From: an uncultured Verrucomicrobiae bacterium
GTDB lineage: Bacteria > Verrucomicrobiota > Verrucomicrobiia > Chthoniobacterales > UBA10450
Direction of reading: 5' to 3'
Assembly: GCA_963776065.1 (NCBI GenBank)
Contig: CAVZLJ010000008.1
Coordinates: 11,457-75,456 of the forward strand
DNA: 64,000 bases
Shown: positions 47,879 to 56,797 of the stretch, one piece after another
Layout of the letters: every line of letters starts with the position of its first letter
Position numbering within the stretch: position 1 is the first letter of the stretch
Notes under the pieces: generated by a model
Told to the model about the DNA's origin: nothing
The model's database searches: none
The model's input: only the letters and a program-made list of their open reading frames with translations
Made by a program: the position numbers and the translations under genes

Positions 47879-48697
47879 CTAATGATGGCGCGCGAATTGT
47901 TGGAAAAGATCGACCAGCCAGGTTAAGAAATTGCCCAGGTTTACGAGTAAATCTGCTGCGAAGCTGGCAAATGTAATTTGTGGCGACGCCAGAATGAGCA
48001 TGACACTGAGCAGCAGCAAATTCATGAGATAGATCATCACGAGCGAAAAGAATGTGCCCTGGTCGCTGAGATCAGTCTGATTTTTCGGAATCATCCAGCA
48101 GGTGAACGTGAAATGGAACGCCCATGTCGCGCCGATCACCCCGTACAGCACTCGTCCGTAGGGCTGCATGTTTAAGAAAAGGCTGAGCAGCCCGTAAATG
48201 GAAATCGCCAGAATGCTGTAGATCGGGAAAAAATACGGCGCCAGTGCGATCCAAAAATTGGCCTTGCTCGTGACGACGTGTCCACCATCGCGAGTAACGT
48301 GAAACCGGCTAACGCGTCCACCCATTAACCAAATCCAAAGCGCATGCGTAAGCTCGTGGCCGAACACGTAAATGAGAATCGGGCGCGGCAGCCCAAAAAA
48401 TGCGATTAGCCAAAGCACCGCGCCTAACGAGAAGAACCAGAATTCTTCCCCTGCCCAGAGCCGTTGCGTCACTGTGGCACGCGAGAACGCGGTGAAAAAT
48501 GTCTGAGTGAGCACGCTGCAGATTGGCAGGAGAAAAATGGCGAAGACAAATTTCACCCACCGCGTAGGCACGGTGAGGGCCTCGGATGGTGCAATAAAAC
48601 TGCTCGATCTTGCACGCGCAACGCTTCGGACAACTTTCCGGCCGCGCTTTGGACTGCGCGTGTGGCGTGTCTTTCTCGATGTTCGTTTGTTCGCCAA
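47879..48697 (-). CDS. Membrane metalloprotease-like protein (HExxH within a TM region, M50-like)
   Basis: YVFGHELTHALWIWLMGG plus about 6 TM segments and a basic N-terminus. Confidence 0.5.
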   Translation of the reverse strand: MANKRTSRKTRHTRSPKRGRKVVRSVARARSSSFIAPSEALTVPTRWVKFVFAIFLLPICSVLTQTFFTAFSRATVTQRLWAGEEFWFFSLGAVLWLIAFFGLPRPILIYVFGHELTHALWIWLMGGRVSRFHVTRDGGHVVTSKANFWIALAPYFFPIYSILAISIYGLLSLFLNMQPYGRVLYGVIGATWAFHFTFTCWMIPKNQTDLSDQGTFFSLVMIYLMNLLLLSVMLILASPQITFASFAADLLVNLGNFLTWLVDLFQQFARHH

Positions 48698-48774
48698 ATC
48701 GTCCGCAGATTAAGCCGAGTCACGGAGACCAAAGCAAGACTTAAGCGCGGCTTGCGCGGGCGGCGCGGATGAAT

Positions 48775-48827
48775 TTGCAGGGCAGGCGAGTCGCCGGCCG
48801 GGGCAACCGGAGCGGTTGCCCTACAAC
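48775..48827. repeat. Repeat family C element (ttgcagggcaggcgag...ggttgccctacaac)
   Basis: Lies immediately 3' of efp. Its termini are related to those of 49456-49515. Confidence 0.55.
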
Positions 48828-48840
48828 GACGGGGGCTTTA

Positions 48841-49398
48841 TCACGCGCGTCCCATGTAGGCGCCGGTGCGGGTGTCGATTTTGATCGTTTCGCCTTCCTT
48901 GATGAAAAGCGGGACGTTGATTGTCTTGCCGGTCTCAAGTTTTGCCGGTTTCGTAACGTTGCTGGCAGTATCGCCACGCAAGCCTTCGGCTGATTCAATC
49001 ACTTTTAAACCTACAGACGCTGGCAGTTCAACTTCCACGGCCTTGCCTTCGGCGTACAGAACCTGCACGGAAAGATTTTCTACGAGGTAGTCTTTTGCGT
49101 CGCCGATCAGATTATCCGCCAACGTGATGGTGTCGTAGGTCTGAGGATCCATGAAATGATACCCGTTGCGGTCCTTGTACCAGAACTCGAGCTGTTTTCG
49201 CTCGATGTCGACCAGTTCGACCTTGTCGGTGGAACCGAAGCGGACATCGGCGCTTTTGCCAGTATTGATGTAGCGGATAATCGCCTGGACGAAGGCGCGC
49301 AAGTTCCCGGGCGTGCGATGATGCACCTCAAGCACAATGGCCGGATTGCCATTGTATTTGATGGCCATTCCTCTGCGGAGATCGTTGGCGGCGGGCAT
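48841..49398 (-). CDS. efp: Elongation factor P
   Basis: 185 aa from ATG 49398; NDLRRGMAIKYNGNPAIV..., GDTASNVTKPAKLETG and IKIDTRTGAYMGRA. Confidence 0.9.
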   Translation of the reverse strand: MPAANDLRRGMAIKYNGNPAIVLEVHHRTPGNLRAFVQAIIRYINTGKSADVRFGSTDKVELVDIERKQLEFWYKDRNGYHFMDPQTYDTITLADNLIGDAKDYLVENLSVQVLYAEGKAVEVELPASVGLKVIESAEGLRGDTASNVTKPAKLETGKTINVPLFIKEGETIKIDTRTGAYMGRA

Positions 49399-49455
49399 GG
49401 GAGTCGAAGCGTTAAAGCGGGACGCGGAGTTTACGTGCGGTTGATCGTTTTGCAA

Positions 49456-49515
49456 TTGTAGGGCAGGCCCGCTTCGCCTGTCGCGCCTCGGCAACCGAGG
49501 CAGTCGCCCTACAAC
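49456..49515. repeat. Repeat family C element (ttgtagggcaggcccgcttcgcc...cagtcgccctacaac)
   Basis: The 11-nt inverted termini ttgtagggc(a)g / c(g)ccctacaa lie between efp and the KpsF-like gene and overlap the latter's stop. Confidence 0.6.
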
Positions 49516-50480
49516 AGTTTCAGTCGCGTTAAATCCTGGGAATCGACGATGCCGACGGGCACATTGTCGTCATCGATCACAACGAGATCGTCGATGCGAT
49601 GGCGCTCTAGCAAGTTTAGAACTTCCACCGCCAGCTTGTTCTTGTGCACTGTCACTGGATTCAGGGTCATAAGGTCTGCCACCAGTCGTTCGCCAATTCT
49701 GGAATCAGACTGAAAATGCCGGACGAAATCGCCGTGCGTGAAGATGCCCAGGAGTTGGTTGTCTTCGCCGGTCACAACGGCGGCGCCGGCGCGCACGTTG
49801 GTCATGACGCCGAGCACGTCGCGGATCGGTGTGTCAGTGGCGACAATAGCCATCGCTGCACGCGGCCGCATGATTTGATGAACGCGAATCAACATGCTGC
49901 GGCCGATCATCCCGCCGGGATGAAATTTGGCGAAATCTTCCTTGTTAAACCCGCGTGCTTCCAAAAGCACCATGGCCAGCGCATCCCCCAGTGCCAGCAT
50001 CACTGTCGTGCTAGAGGTCGGCGCGAGGTTCAGCGGACACGCTTCCTGTTCGACGTTCACATCCAGACAGAGATGTGCGTTCTGTGCGAGCGTTGATTTG
50101 GGATCTCCGCACATGGCGATGATCCTGACTTGGAAGCGCGCGATCGCCGGCAGAATCCGCAGCAATTCCTCGGTCTCACCGCTCGCGCTTAGAGCGAGCA
50201 CGACGTCTCCGTCTGCCAGCATCCCAAGATCGCCATGGAGTGCGTTCGAGGAATCCAGCACCACAGCCGGCGAACCGGTGCTGGTAAGAGTAGCCGCGAT
50301 CTTTGCACCGATGTGCCCGGATTTGCCGACACCTACGACGACTACTTTTCCCCGCGCGTCCACCGTTTCTCTGATCAACTCGACCGCGCGAGAGAAATTT
50401 TCGTCCAGTCGCTCGCGGAGCCGCTGGAGTTCAAAAATTTCTATGTTCAGGACGCGTGCGGCCTTTTCAAGAGAATCCAT
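49509..50480 (-). CDS. KpsF/GutQ family arabinose-5-phosphate isomerase (SIS plus two CBS domains)
   Basis: VVVGVGKSGHIGAKIAATLTSTGSPA, SASGETEE, and a C-terminal CBS pair. Confidence 0.9.
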   Translation of the reverse strand: MDSLEKAARVLNIEIFELQRLRERLDENFSRAVELIRETVDARGKVVVVGVGKSGHIGAKIAATLTSTGSPAVVLDSSNALHGDLGMLADGDVVLALSASGETEELLRILPAIARFQVRIIAMCGDPKSTLAQNAHLCLDVNVEQEACPLNLAPTSSTTVMLALGDALAMVLLEARGFNKEDFAKFHPGGMIGRSMLIRVHQIMRPRAAMAIVATDTPIRDVLGVMTNVRAGAAVVTGEDNQLLGIFTHGDFVRHFQSDSRIGERLVADLMTLNPVTVHKNKLAVEVLNLLERHRIDDLVVIDDDNVPVGIVDSQDLTRLKLL

Positions 50481-50547
50481 CGAAAGATATATTGTCGGCA
50501 GGCGTGCTTAAGGGCAAGATCTTGCACAGCTCGAACGAAAGGGAAAT

Positions 50548-50841
50548 ATGAAGACATTGATGATCGCAATCCTGGCCGCGCTGGTGACGACGGCTTTCGC
50601 GCAAGAATTCAGAGCACCGATCGGTCGGCAAAAACCGGTGCGCGCGATGGAGACACCGCCGCCGGTTTCGCCAAAAGTTGAGGGCGTGCTTCCCAAAGCA
50701 TTTGGCCCCGGCCGCAACCCGCTTCAGATGCTCAATCCGTGGGCGCCGGCCCGCTACGGGACTTGGTTCGAGAACACTACATTCGATCCAAATTATCCTG
50801 GAAAATGGAACGGCATTAAGCTTTTCGAGATCGTGTTCTAA
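50548..50841 (+). CDS. Small secreted hypothetical protein
   Basis: Signal peptide MKTLMIAILAALVTTAFA. No family recognised. Confidence 0.5.
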   Translation: MKTLMIAILAALVTTAFAQEFRAPIGRQKPVRAMETPPPVSPKVEGVLPKAFGPGRNPLQMLNPWAPARYGTWFENTTFDPNYPGKWNGIKLFEIVF

Positions 50842-50968
50842 AGCTTCTTCGGGGAGATACTCTCCGCGTGCTGGCGATCGCGCCGTCGCGATTCGCCAGC
50901 TTTTGCGGAGGGAGAAGGGTTCGCACAGCGAATGCCTCATGAACACAAATCGGTGGCGCTTTTCTGCT

Positions 50969-52325
50969 CTATTGATCGCTTGCTACTGTTCGTGCCGCAG
51001 ACTTATTCAGTTCGATCTGCGCGCTGACTTTTTGGATCTGCGTGGCCTGCTCTTTTAGCTGCGCAATGATAACCTCCATTCCTTTTTGCTGCTGAGCGAT
51101 GATCGCCGCCTGGCTCGCCAGTTTGGAGTTTAGTTGCGTGACGTTGATCTGTTGTTCCTCGACTTTCTTGTGCTCTTTAAGGAACTCGTTGAGCAACATC
51201 GCGTTGACCGCATCATAGCGCACAGTGAAGGGTTCGCCGTCAGCGTCGCGCACCACCAGGTCGGAATTTATCTGAGCCACGTCTTCCGCAATCAAACCAA
51301 ATTGGGGCGTGTTTTCGGCTTTTTTGGTGTCTTGGTTTTTGTAATGAAACGTGACCGGTTTGAGTGCCAGGATGGCTTCACTGGTTTGATCCATCGGTTT
51401 AATGTCCTTCTTAAAGCGGCGCGAGGAGTTACTCGTGCCTAACTGGCCGTCGGAGTCTACGATGACATTTATGCCATCGCCGTTCCCTACTGTAACCCCG
51501 CGAATGTTGCCAATAAAGCATCTGTCACTTGTTGCGAAGGCAGTACCATCGCCTGGGGAGCCGATGGAAATAACGTTATCGGCCGTAGTCATGTTGGCGC
51601 CGGCTTCGCGGCCGATGGCGATGTTGTTGCTACCCGTGGCGAACCTGAGTGCTCCCCGGCCAAAAGCTTGGTTATCGTTACCGGATACGTTGTTCAGGAG
51701 TGCGGCGGCACCGACCGCGGTGTTGCTACTGCCTGTCGTATTGGTCTGCAGAGCAATGAAACCGACGGCAGTGTTGTCGAAGCTGCTAGTGTTTGCATTG
51801 AGCGCTAGTTCACCCATCGCAATGTTCTGGATACCATCAGCGTTGTTTAAAAGTGCAGACACTCCAACCGCTGTGTTTTGGTTGCCGGTTCTGTTTAATA
51901 AAAGAGCCGCCGCGCCAACGGCCGTATTATTGTTTGCAGGTACTCAAAACCAGCGTTCCCGCCCCGACACCGGTGTTGAAGCTGGCATCCGTGTCGCTAA
52001 ATAGCGAAAACCAGCCAAATGCCGCGTTTCCGGTGCCGGTGGTGACGTTAAAAAGGGCATGGTCTCCGTCCGCCGTGTTGAACCCGGGTAAGGCAATCAA
52101 TGGAGCCGCTGGCGCTCCTTCGGAAATCTCTGGAGCCGTTGGCGCCTTTTGCGGAGCCCGTGGAGCCGCTGGCCCTTCTGGAGTCGCTTGCATTCTTGGC
52201 AAAACCGCAAAGCACACCAGCAGAAGGGGGATAAGAAAACAACGGCGTAGCAAAGGTGCGTGGTTCGTCGGGTCTTTGTGGTCTGTATTAAACGATGTGA
52301 GGGTTTTGAGGATCATCTTTTTCAT
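50969..52325 (-). pseudogene. Secreted repeat protein with a C-terminal peptidase S74 (tail-fibre/endosialidase intramolecular chaperone) domain, interrupted by one +1 frameshift
   Basis: The signal-anchor and NTGVGAGTLVLST are in ORF 51927-52454. ANNNTAVGAAALLLN... NTAVG-type repeats, SSRRFKKDIKPM...FGLIAEDV and a coiled coil are in ORF 50969-51862. That frame stays open up to the junction near 51938. Confidence 0.7.
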
Positions 52326-52427
52326 AATCTTCAGATTTTCTCGCGCATGTAGTTTTTGGGAATACGCAGAATTGCGTACGAATTCTGTTGCACCGGTCAG
52401 AAAGTTTCTGGTAGGATAAATCGCACA

Positions 52428-52793
52428 ATGCATTTCGCGCCCGGTTACGATCAATGCAGCATTCAGGCATTCGCTTCGCTAAAGTTGACGCCGCGCGAAG
52501 CGGAAGTGCTCTTCTGGATTTCGCGCGGTAAAAGCAATTACGAGATCGGTATCATTCTCGGCGCAAAGACGGGGACCATCTGCAAACACGCCGAACACAT
52601 TTTCAGCAAACTCAATGTGGAAAATCGCACGTCCGCCGCAGTCGTAGCATTGGAAACGTGCCGCTCCGTCGCAGGGTCGTTTGAAGGCAAATCTGGTCGC
52701 TCTTGGGCGGCAGTTGCTGGTGTGATCACAACGCAGATCGCGAACTTGTGGTTGAACGCCTGGGAGATTTGCGACGCACTTTCCTTGGCGTGA
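52428..52793 (+). CDS. LuxR/GerE-type HTH transcriptional regulator (no receiver domain seen)
   Basis: LTPREAEVLFWISRGKSNYEIGIILGAKTGTICKHAEHIFSKLNVENRTSA. Confidence 0.7.
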   Translation: MHFAPGYDQCSIQAFASLKLTPREAEVLFWISRGKSNYEIGIILGAKTGTICKHAEHIFSKLNVENRTSAAVVALETCRSVAGSFEGKSGRSWAAVAGVITTQIANLWLNAWEICDALSLA

Positions 52794-52810
52794 GACGGCG
52801 GATTGCCGGG

Positions 52811-53870
52811 CTAGGAAGTCCTCGTTCCCTGGAGGTGAGCAAAGAATTTCGCCAACTGTGAGCGTACTACCTCAAAGGAGAGACGCGCTCGAGCCTGCTC
52901 CTTCGATTCACGCACAATCGTCTCGCACCGGTCGGGATTTTTCAACAGGTCGAGCGCAATTGAACCGATTTCGCTGATCGTCCGGCCTTCGCCGCAGGTT
53001 TTCGGAAACGCGATTCTTTCGATTGCGCCGTCGCCGCCCACACACGGAATCCGGCAGAGAAGTCCATCGCCTGCGACCTGGCCCGGGACGTGACTACGGT
53101 CGAGTTGTAACACGATTTTATGCCCTGCCATATCCCGCAGGTAATCCGGGTAAGACTTCCTTTTCTCAATTAGCCGCAGTTTTCCATCGGGAAAGTCTAA
53201 TTCCCTGAACAATCTTCGCCCTTTGTAGCCATCCAGATTAACAACCGTGACTGGTTCGCCTGTCGCTTCGCAGAGTCGCCGCGCGACCAAGAGCGCAACG
53301 AAATGATTGCGCGACGGCACGTCCCATTCGCGCGTACCGACGAAAATTCCCGATTGCTCCGCTGCGGGCACAGAAAAGTTCCATCGTTCATCGTCGATCG
53401 GGTAGGGGGTTGGGACAAACGCTACAGTTGCCAGATCTCGCTTCGAGCGGACACGCTGGTAGATTTCTGCGGCCTCTGGGGTCGTGGCGATGCATCCGCT
53501 GGCCTCGCCTACAATTTTCATGAAGCGCGATAATTTCCCCGGCTCGCACAATTGCTGCGCGATCTGGTGACAGCCCAGTCTCCTTCAACGAAACGACGAC
53601 GGTGCGACCTTGCTTTTTCAGATCAGCCAATGCCCGCTCTGAGGCGCGAAAATCGCTGCGCAAAAGAAGAAGCACAGGTGTGTTCTCGGCTATAGCCTGG
53701 CGCGCATCGCGATGAAATGCGCCGAACGTGCACGCGGCGAAAGCGTGGAAGTTGATCGGCGGATGAGCGCCTTCGCCGGGACCAGGCAGGCTTTGAAATT
53801 GCTGTTCCGGATCGCGTCCGCCCGGATTGAGAACTGTCAGCCGGAAATTTTCAGCGGTTTTCGAGGGCAT
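52811..53870 (-). pseudogene. Conserved-looking hypothetical protein (Rossmann/GT-B-like, function unknown), interrupted by one +1 frameshift
   Basis: ORF 53388-53870 (...RTVVVSLKETGL) continues as HQIAQQLCEPGKLSRFMKIVGEASG... in ORF 52811-53551. The junction is near 53570. Confidence 0.55.
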
Positions 53871-53884
53871 TGATAGTTTGCCCC

Positions 53885-53917
53885 GCTTTAACGTTTCAAC
53901 GCTTCAACCATTTCAAC
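53885..53917. repeat. Repeat family B array (gctttaacg tttcaacg cttcaacc atttcaac)
   Basis: Four tandem 8-9-nt units in the 60-nt gap upstream of the 53870 start. Confidence 0.55.
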
Positions 53918-54339
53918 TGGCGAAGCGCAGTCATTCGTGGATATCGCCCGGGGGCTGCGCTGCGGATCGCAAGAGTGTGCGTTCTCCGTCCTCTTGATCG
54001 AGAGGTTTTACCGGGATGGCACGCCGGATCTCCGCCGGTTGGCGGTCCTGCGGTTGCACCGGAATCGCTTTCGGAACCGATTCAACCGGAATTGCCTTTC
54101 GAATTTCTGGAACGGATAGGGGCGTTTCCGAAATTGGTGGATTTACGTTTGTGGTGTTGCTTGCCGACTTCACCTCATTCACGCCGGCTGCGCCGCCGGT
54201 CTTCTGGTTCTCAGCTGCCGACTGCGGCGCTGGCTCAGGTTGCACGACTGGTTTCATGGAATTGTACGGATCGTTGGCAGCTATCAGCGTGGGACTTTTT
54301 ATGGCGACTGGGGTGACGTCACTCAGGTTCACAGCGAGC

Positions 54340-56598
54340 TCAGCCCGGGGCAAGATCGCTGGACGGAAATTCGCGAGCGAAACGCGCGCGCGGTTCACCG
54401 TGGATGTTGCATGGTTGGGTGGGAGCTTGCGATGGCGTGGCAATCTCCATGTAAGTCGTGCGGCGTTGGACTGTATCGCCATTCTCTGTTTTCACCGCGT
54501 CGTAACATTTGTCTGTGGCCAGGAGTCCGGATCTCGAACAAATCTCGATCTGCTTCAGATTAGACGGCTGTTTGATTTCTCGCGGCGGATAACTCCCGGC
54601 GGCTGCATTCATAATGTCCACCCAGATCGGCAGCGCCAGATCGTGCCCGAACGCGCCGCGATAAATTTTCTGTGGCTTATCGAAACCGGTCCAGACTGCG
54701 CAGGTGAGATTGGAATTGTATCCGGCAAAGAGCGCATCGGTAAAATCGTAGGCCGTGCCGGTTTTTCCTGCAGCGGGAAATTTCTTCAGTCCAAATTGTG
54801 TGTACGCAGCTTTCCCCGTTCCCGATTTAAGCGCATCCACCAGACAGGAATGCACTTCGTACGCGCTTTCGGGTTTGATCACAATTTTCCGGATACTCTG
54901 CTGTTTTCCATCCCACACCAGTGTTCCGTCTTTTTCCTCGATGCGCTCAAGGATGTGCGGCGTGCGTGCTCGCCAGCCGCCATTCGGGAAAATGGTGTAG
55001 CTGAGGGCAAGCTCGGCGAGAGTTACTTCGCTGCTACCGAGAAATGTCGCCGGATACGGCCGAAGCGGGGAACGAATGCCCGCAGCGGAACAAAGCTGCA
55101 ACATTGCTTCGACGCCGGCGTCCATGCCGATACGGACGGTTGCGCCGTTCTTTGACTTCGCTAACGCCTGTCTGGCGGTCATTCGGCCTTCGTAACGGTT
55201 CTCGGCGCTTTCAGGTCCCCATTCGCCAAGAATTCCGGTGGTGCCTCCGATCATCACTGCGCGATTATCCAGCGGCGAGTCTTCCACGACCGAGCCGGGG
55301 TACATTCCTTTCTCGAACGCAGCCGCGTAAACGAATGGCAGCATCGCCGTGCCAGCAGGGCGACGCGCTTGCAGTGCGCGATCGTATTGGTTGTGCTCGA
55401 AATCGCGTCCGCCCACCAGCACAAGAATGTCAGCGGTAGCGTTGTCGAGGCCGATCACTGCGCCTTGTAGATACTCGGGCGCGGGTTGTTCAGCCATTTT
55501 ACCGTTTGCCTTTGCTTTGCGAAATGAAGCTGCGTACTCGGCGTAAGTCTGATGATTGTAGTCGGGATGCTGCTCGACCTGATCCAAATGCGCTTTTAGA
55601 GAATCCTCCGCGACCCTCTGCAGATTCACATCGATGGTGGTGTGTATGCGATAGCCTTCGTTGATTGCGCGGTCCCATCCCACCGCTGCAATCACTTGCT
55701 GACGGATGTAATCGACTGCGTAGGTCTGCCCTTGAGCGTTTTGCCGGCTTCCGACCACGATCTGTTGTGCCCTGGCAGCGGCGCATTGATCGTGGCTGAT
55801 AAAGCCGAGATCGCGCATCCGGTCGAGCGCGTAATCGCGCACCTCGCGAGAATTGTCGCGATCGTTCCATGGCGACAATCGGTTTGGACTCTTGATCAGA
55901 CCCGCCAGTGTGGCGCATTCAGCCAGCGTCATTTCACGCGCAGGCTTGCCGAAGTACCCGCGCGCCGCTGCTTCGGCCCCGTATAACCCGCCGCCGAAAT
56001 AAATCCGGTTCAGGTAAAGCTCCATGATCTTTTGTTTGCCGAACTGATCTTCGATGCGTTTGGCCAGAAATATCTCCAGCAGCTTCCGACGGTATGTTCT
56101 TTCTTTGAGCGAAAAACTGTTGCGCGCCAGCTGTTGCGTGATGGTGCTCGCGCCCTGGCGCACATGGCCCGCGATCAAATTCTTCAGCGCGGCTCGCATA
56201 ATACCGAGCAAATCGTAACCGTGATGCTCATAGAATTTTGCGTCCTCCACCGCGATCACCGCGTTAATGAGGTCGGGAGGCAACTTTTCGTACGGTACTG
56301 TCTCGCGGTTCTCGACATAGATCTGGCCGAAGATCTTCCCGTTCCGATCCAGAATTACACTGGCCGATTCCATTTGCTCGAGCTGGCTCAAGTCGAAGGC
56401 GTTGGCCTGTGCTTGGAGATCGAAGAGGATGCTGGAAACGAAAACCGTCATAAAGAGCGCCAGCACCGCCAGAATCGCGACCGGAACATAAAACCACGGC
56501 CTGAGATACCATGGCCGCCGAAAGCGGTAGCCCGGCGGTGGTCTAAGGTATGGAGTAGTCGGCGGTCTCACAGCGAAAGGAACCACTCGGTCGCGCAA
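54340..56598 (-). CDS. mrcA: Penicillin-binding protein 1A (bifunctional glycosyltransferase/transpeptidase)
   Basis: GT51 motifs (EDAKFYEHHGYD, GASTITQQLARN, RKLLE), transpeptidase motifs (SxxK region, KTGT) and an N-terminal TM anchor. The C-terminus may continue in the +1 frame (see findings). Confidence 0.9.
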   Translation of the reverse strand: MRDRVVPFAVRPPTTPYLRPPPGYRFRRPWYLRPWFYVPVAILAVLALFMTVFVSSILFDLQAQANAFDLSQLEQMESASVILDRNGKIFGQIYVENRETVPYEKLPPDLINAVIAVEDAKFYEHHGYDLLGIMRAALKNLIAGHVRQGASTITQQLARNSFSLKERTYRRKLLEIFLAKRIEDQFGKQKIMELYLNRIYFGGGLYGAEAAARGYFGKPAREMTLAECATLAGLIKSPNRLSPWNDRDNSREVRDYALDRMRDLGFISHDQCAAARAQQIVVGSRQNAQGQTYAVDYIRQQVIAAVGWDRAINEGYRIHTTIDVNLQRVAEDSLKAHLDQVEQHPDYNHQTYAEYAASFRKAKANGKMAEQPAPEYLQGAVIGLDNATADILVLVGGRDFEHNQYDRALQARRPAGTAMLPFVYAAAFEKGMYPGSVVEDSPLDNRAVMIGGTTGILGEWGPESAENRYEGRMTARQALAKSKNGATVRIGMDAGVEAMLQLCSAAGIRSPLRPYPATFLGSSEVTLAELALSYTIFPNGGWRARTPHILERIEEKDGTLVWDGKQQSIRKIVIKPESAYEVHSCLVDALKSGTGKAAYTQFGLKKFPAAGKTGTAYDFTDALFAGYNSNLTCAVWTGFDKPQKIYRGAFGHDLALPIWVDIMNAAAGSYPPREIKQPSNLKQIEICSRSGLLATDKCYDAVKTENGDTVQRRTTYMEIATPSQAPTQPCNIHGEPRARFAREFPSSDLAPG

Positions 56599-56607
56599 CT
56601 TAGGTGG

Positions 56608-56634
56608 TTCAGTTGACGATTCAACGATTTAACC
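56608..56634. repeat. Repeat family B array (ttcagttgacga ttcaacga tttaacc)
   Basis: Lies directly upstream of the PBP1A start and next to the family A pair at 56660. Confidence 0.5.
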
Positions 56635-56659
56635 TGGATTTTGCACTGGGCATGGCCTT

Positions 56660-56751
56660 GTCATTCTGAGCGAAGCAAAAGAATCTCTATTAGTTGTTTC
56701 GGGCACGGCCAGGGAGGACAATCTGAGATGTTTCGTTTCGCTCAACATGAC
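56660..56751. repeat. Repeat family A inverted pair (gtcattctgagcgaagcaaaagaatctc ... gagatgtttcgtttcgctcaacatgac)
   Basis: The arms are near-complementary. The right arm contains ATG 56747, which the ORF track uses as the start of the next gene. Confidence 0.65.
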
Positions 56752-56797
56752 AGACCAGGGTCGTGTCGCCATTGCAGTGTGGCGGATTGATTTACGA

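Noticed and set aside
50969-52454. Tail-fibre-like gene as evidence of a prophage
   Set aside because: There is no capsid, terminase, portal, integrase or lysis gene nearby. The flanks are ordinary chromosomal genes, and S74-domain surface proteins occur outside phages.
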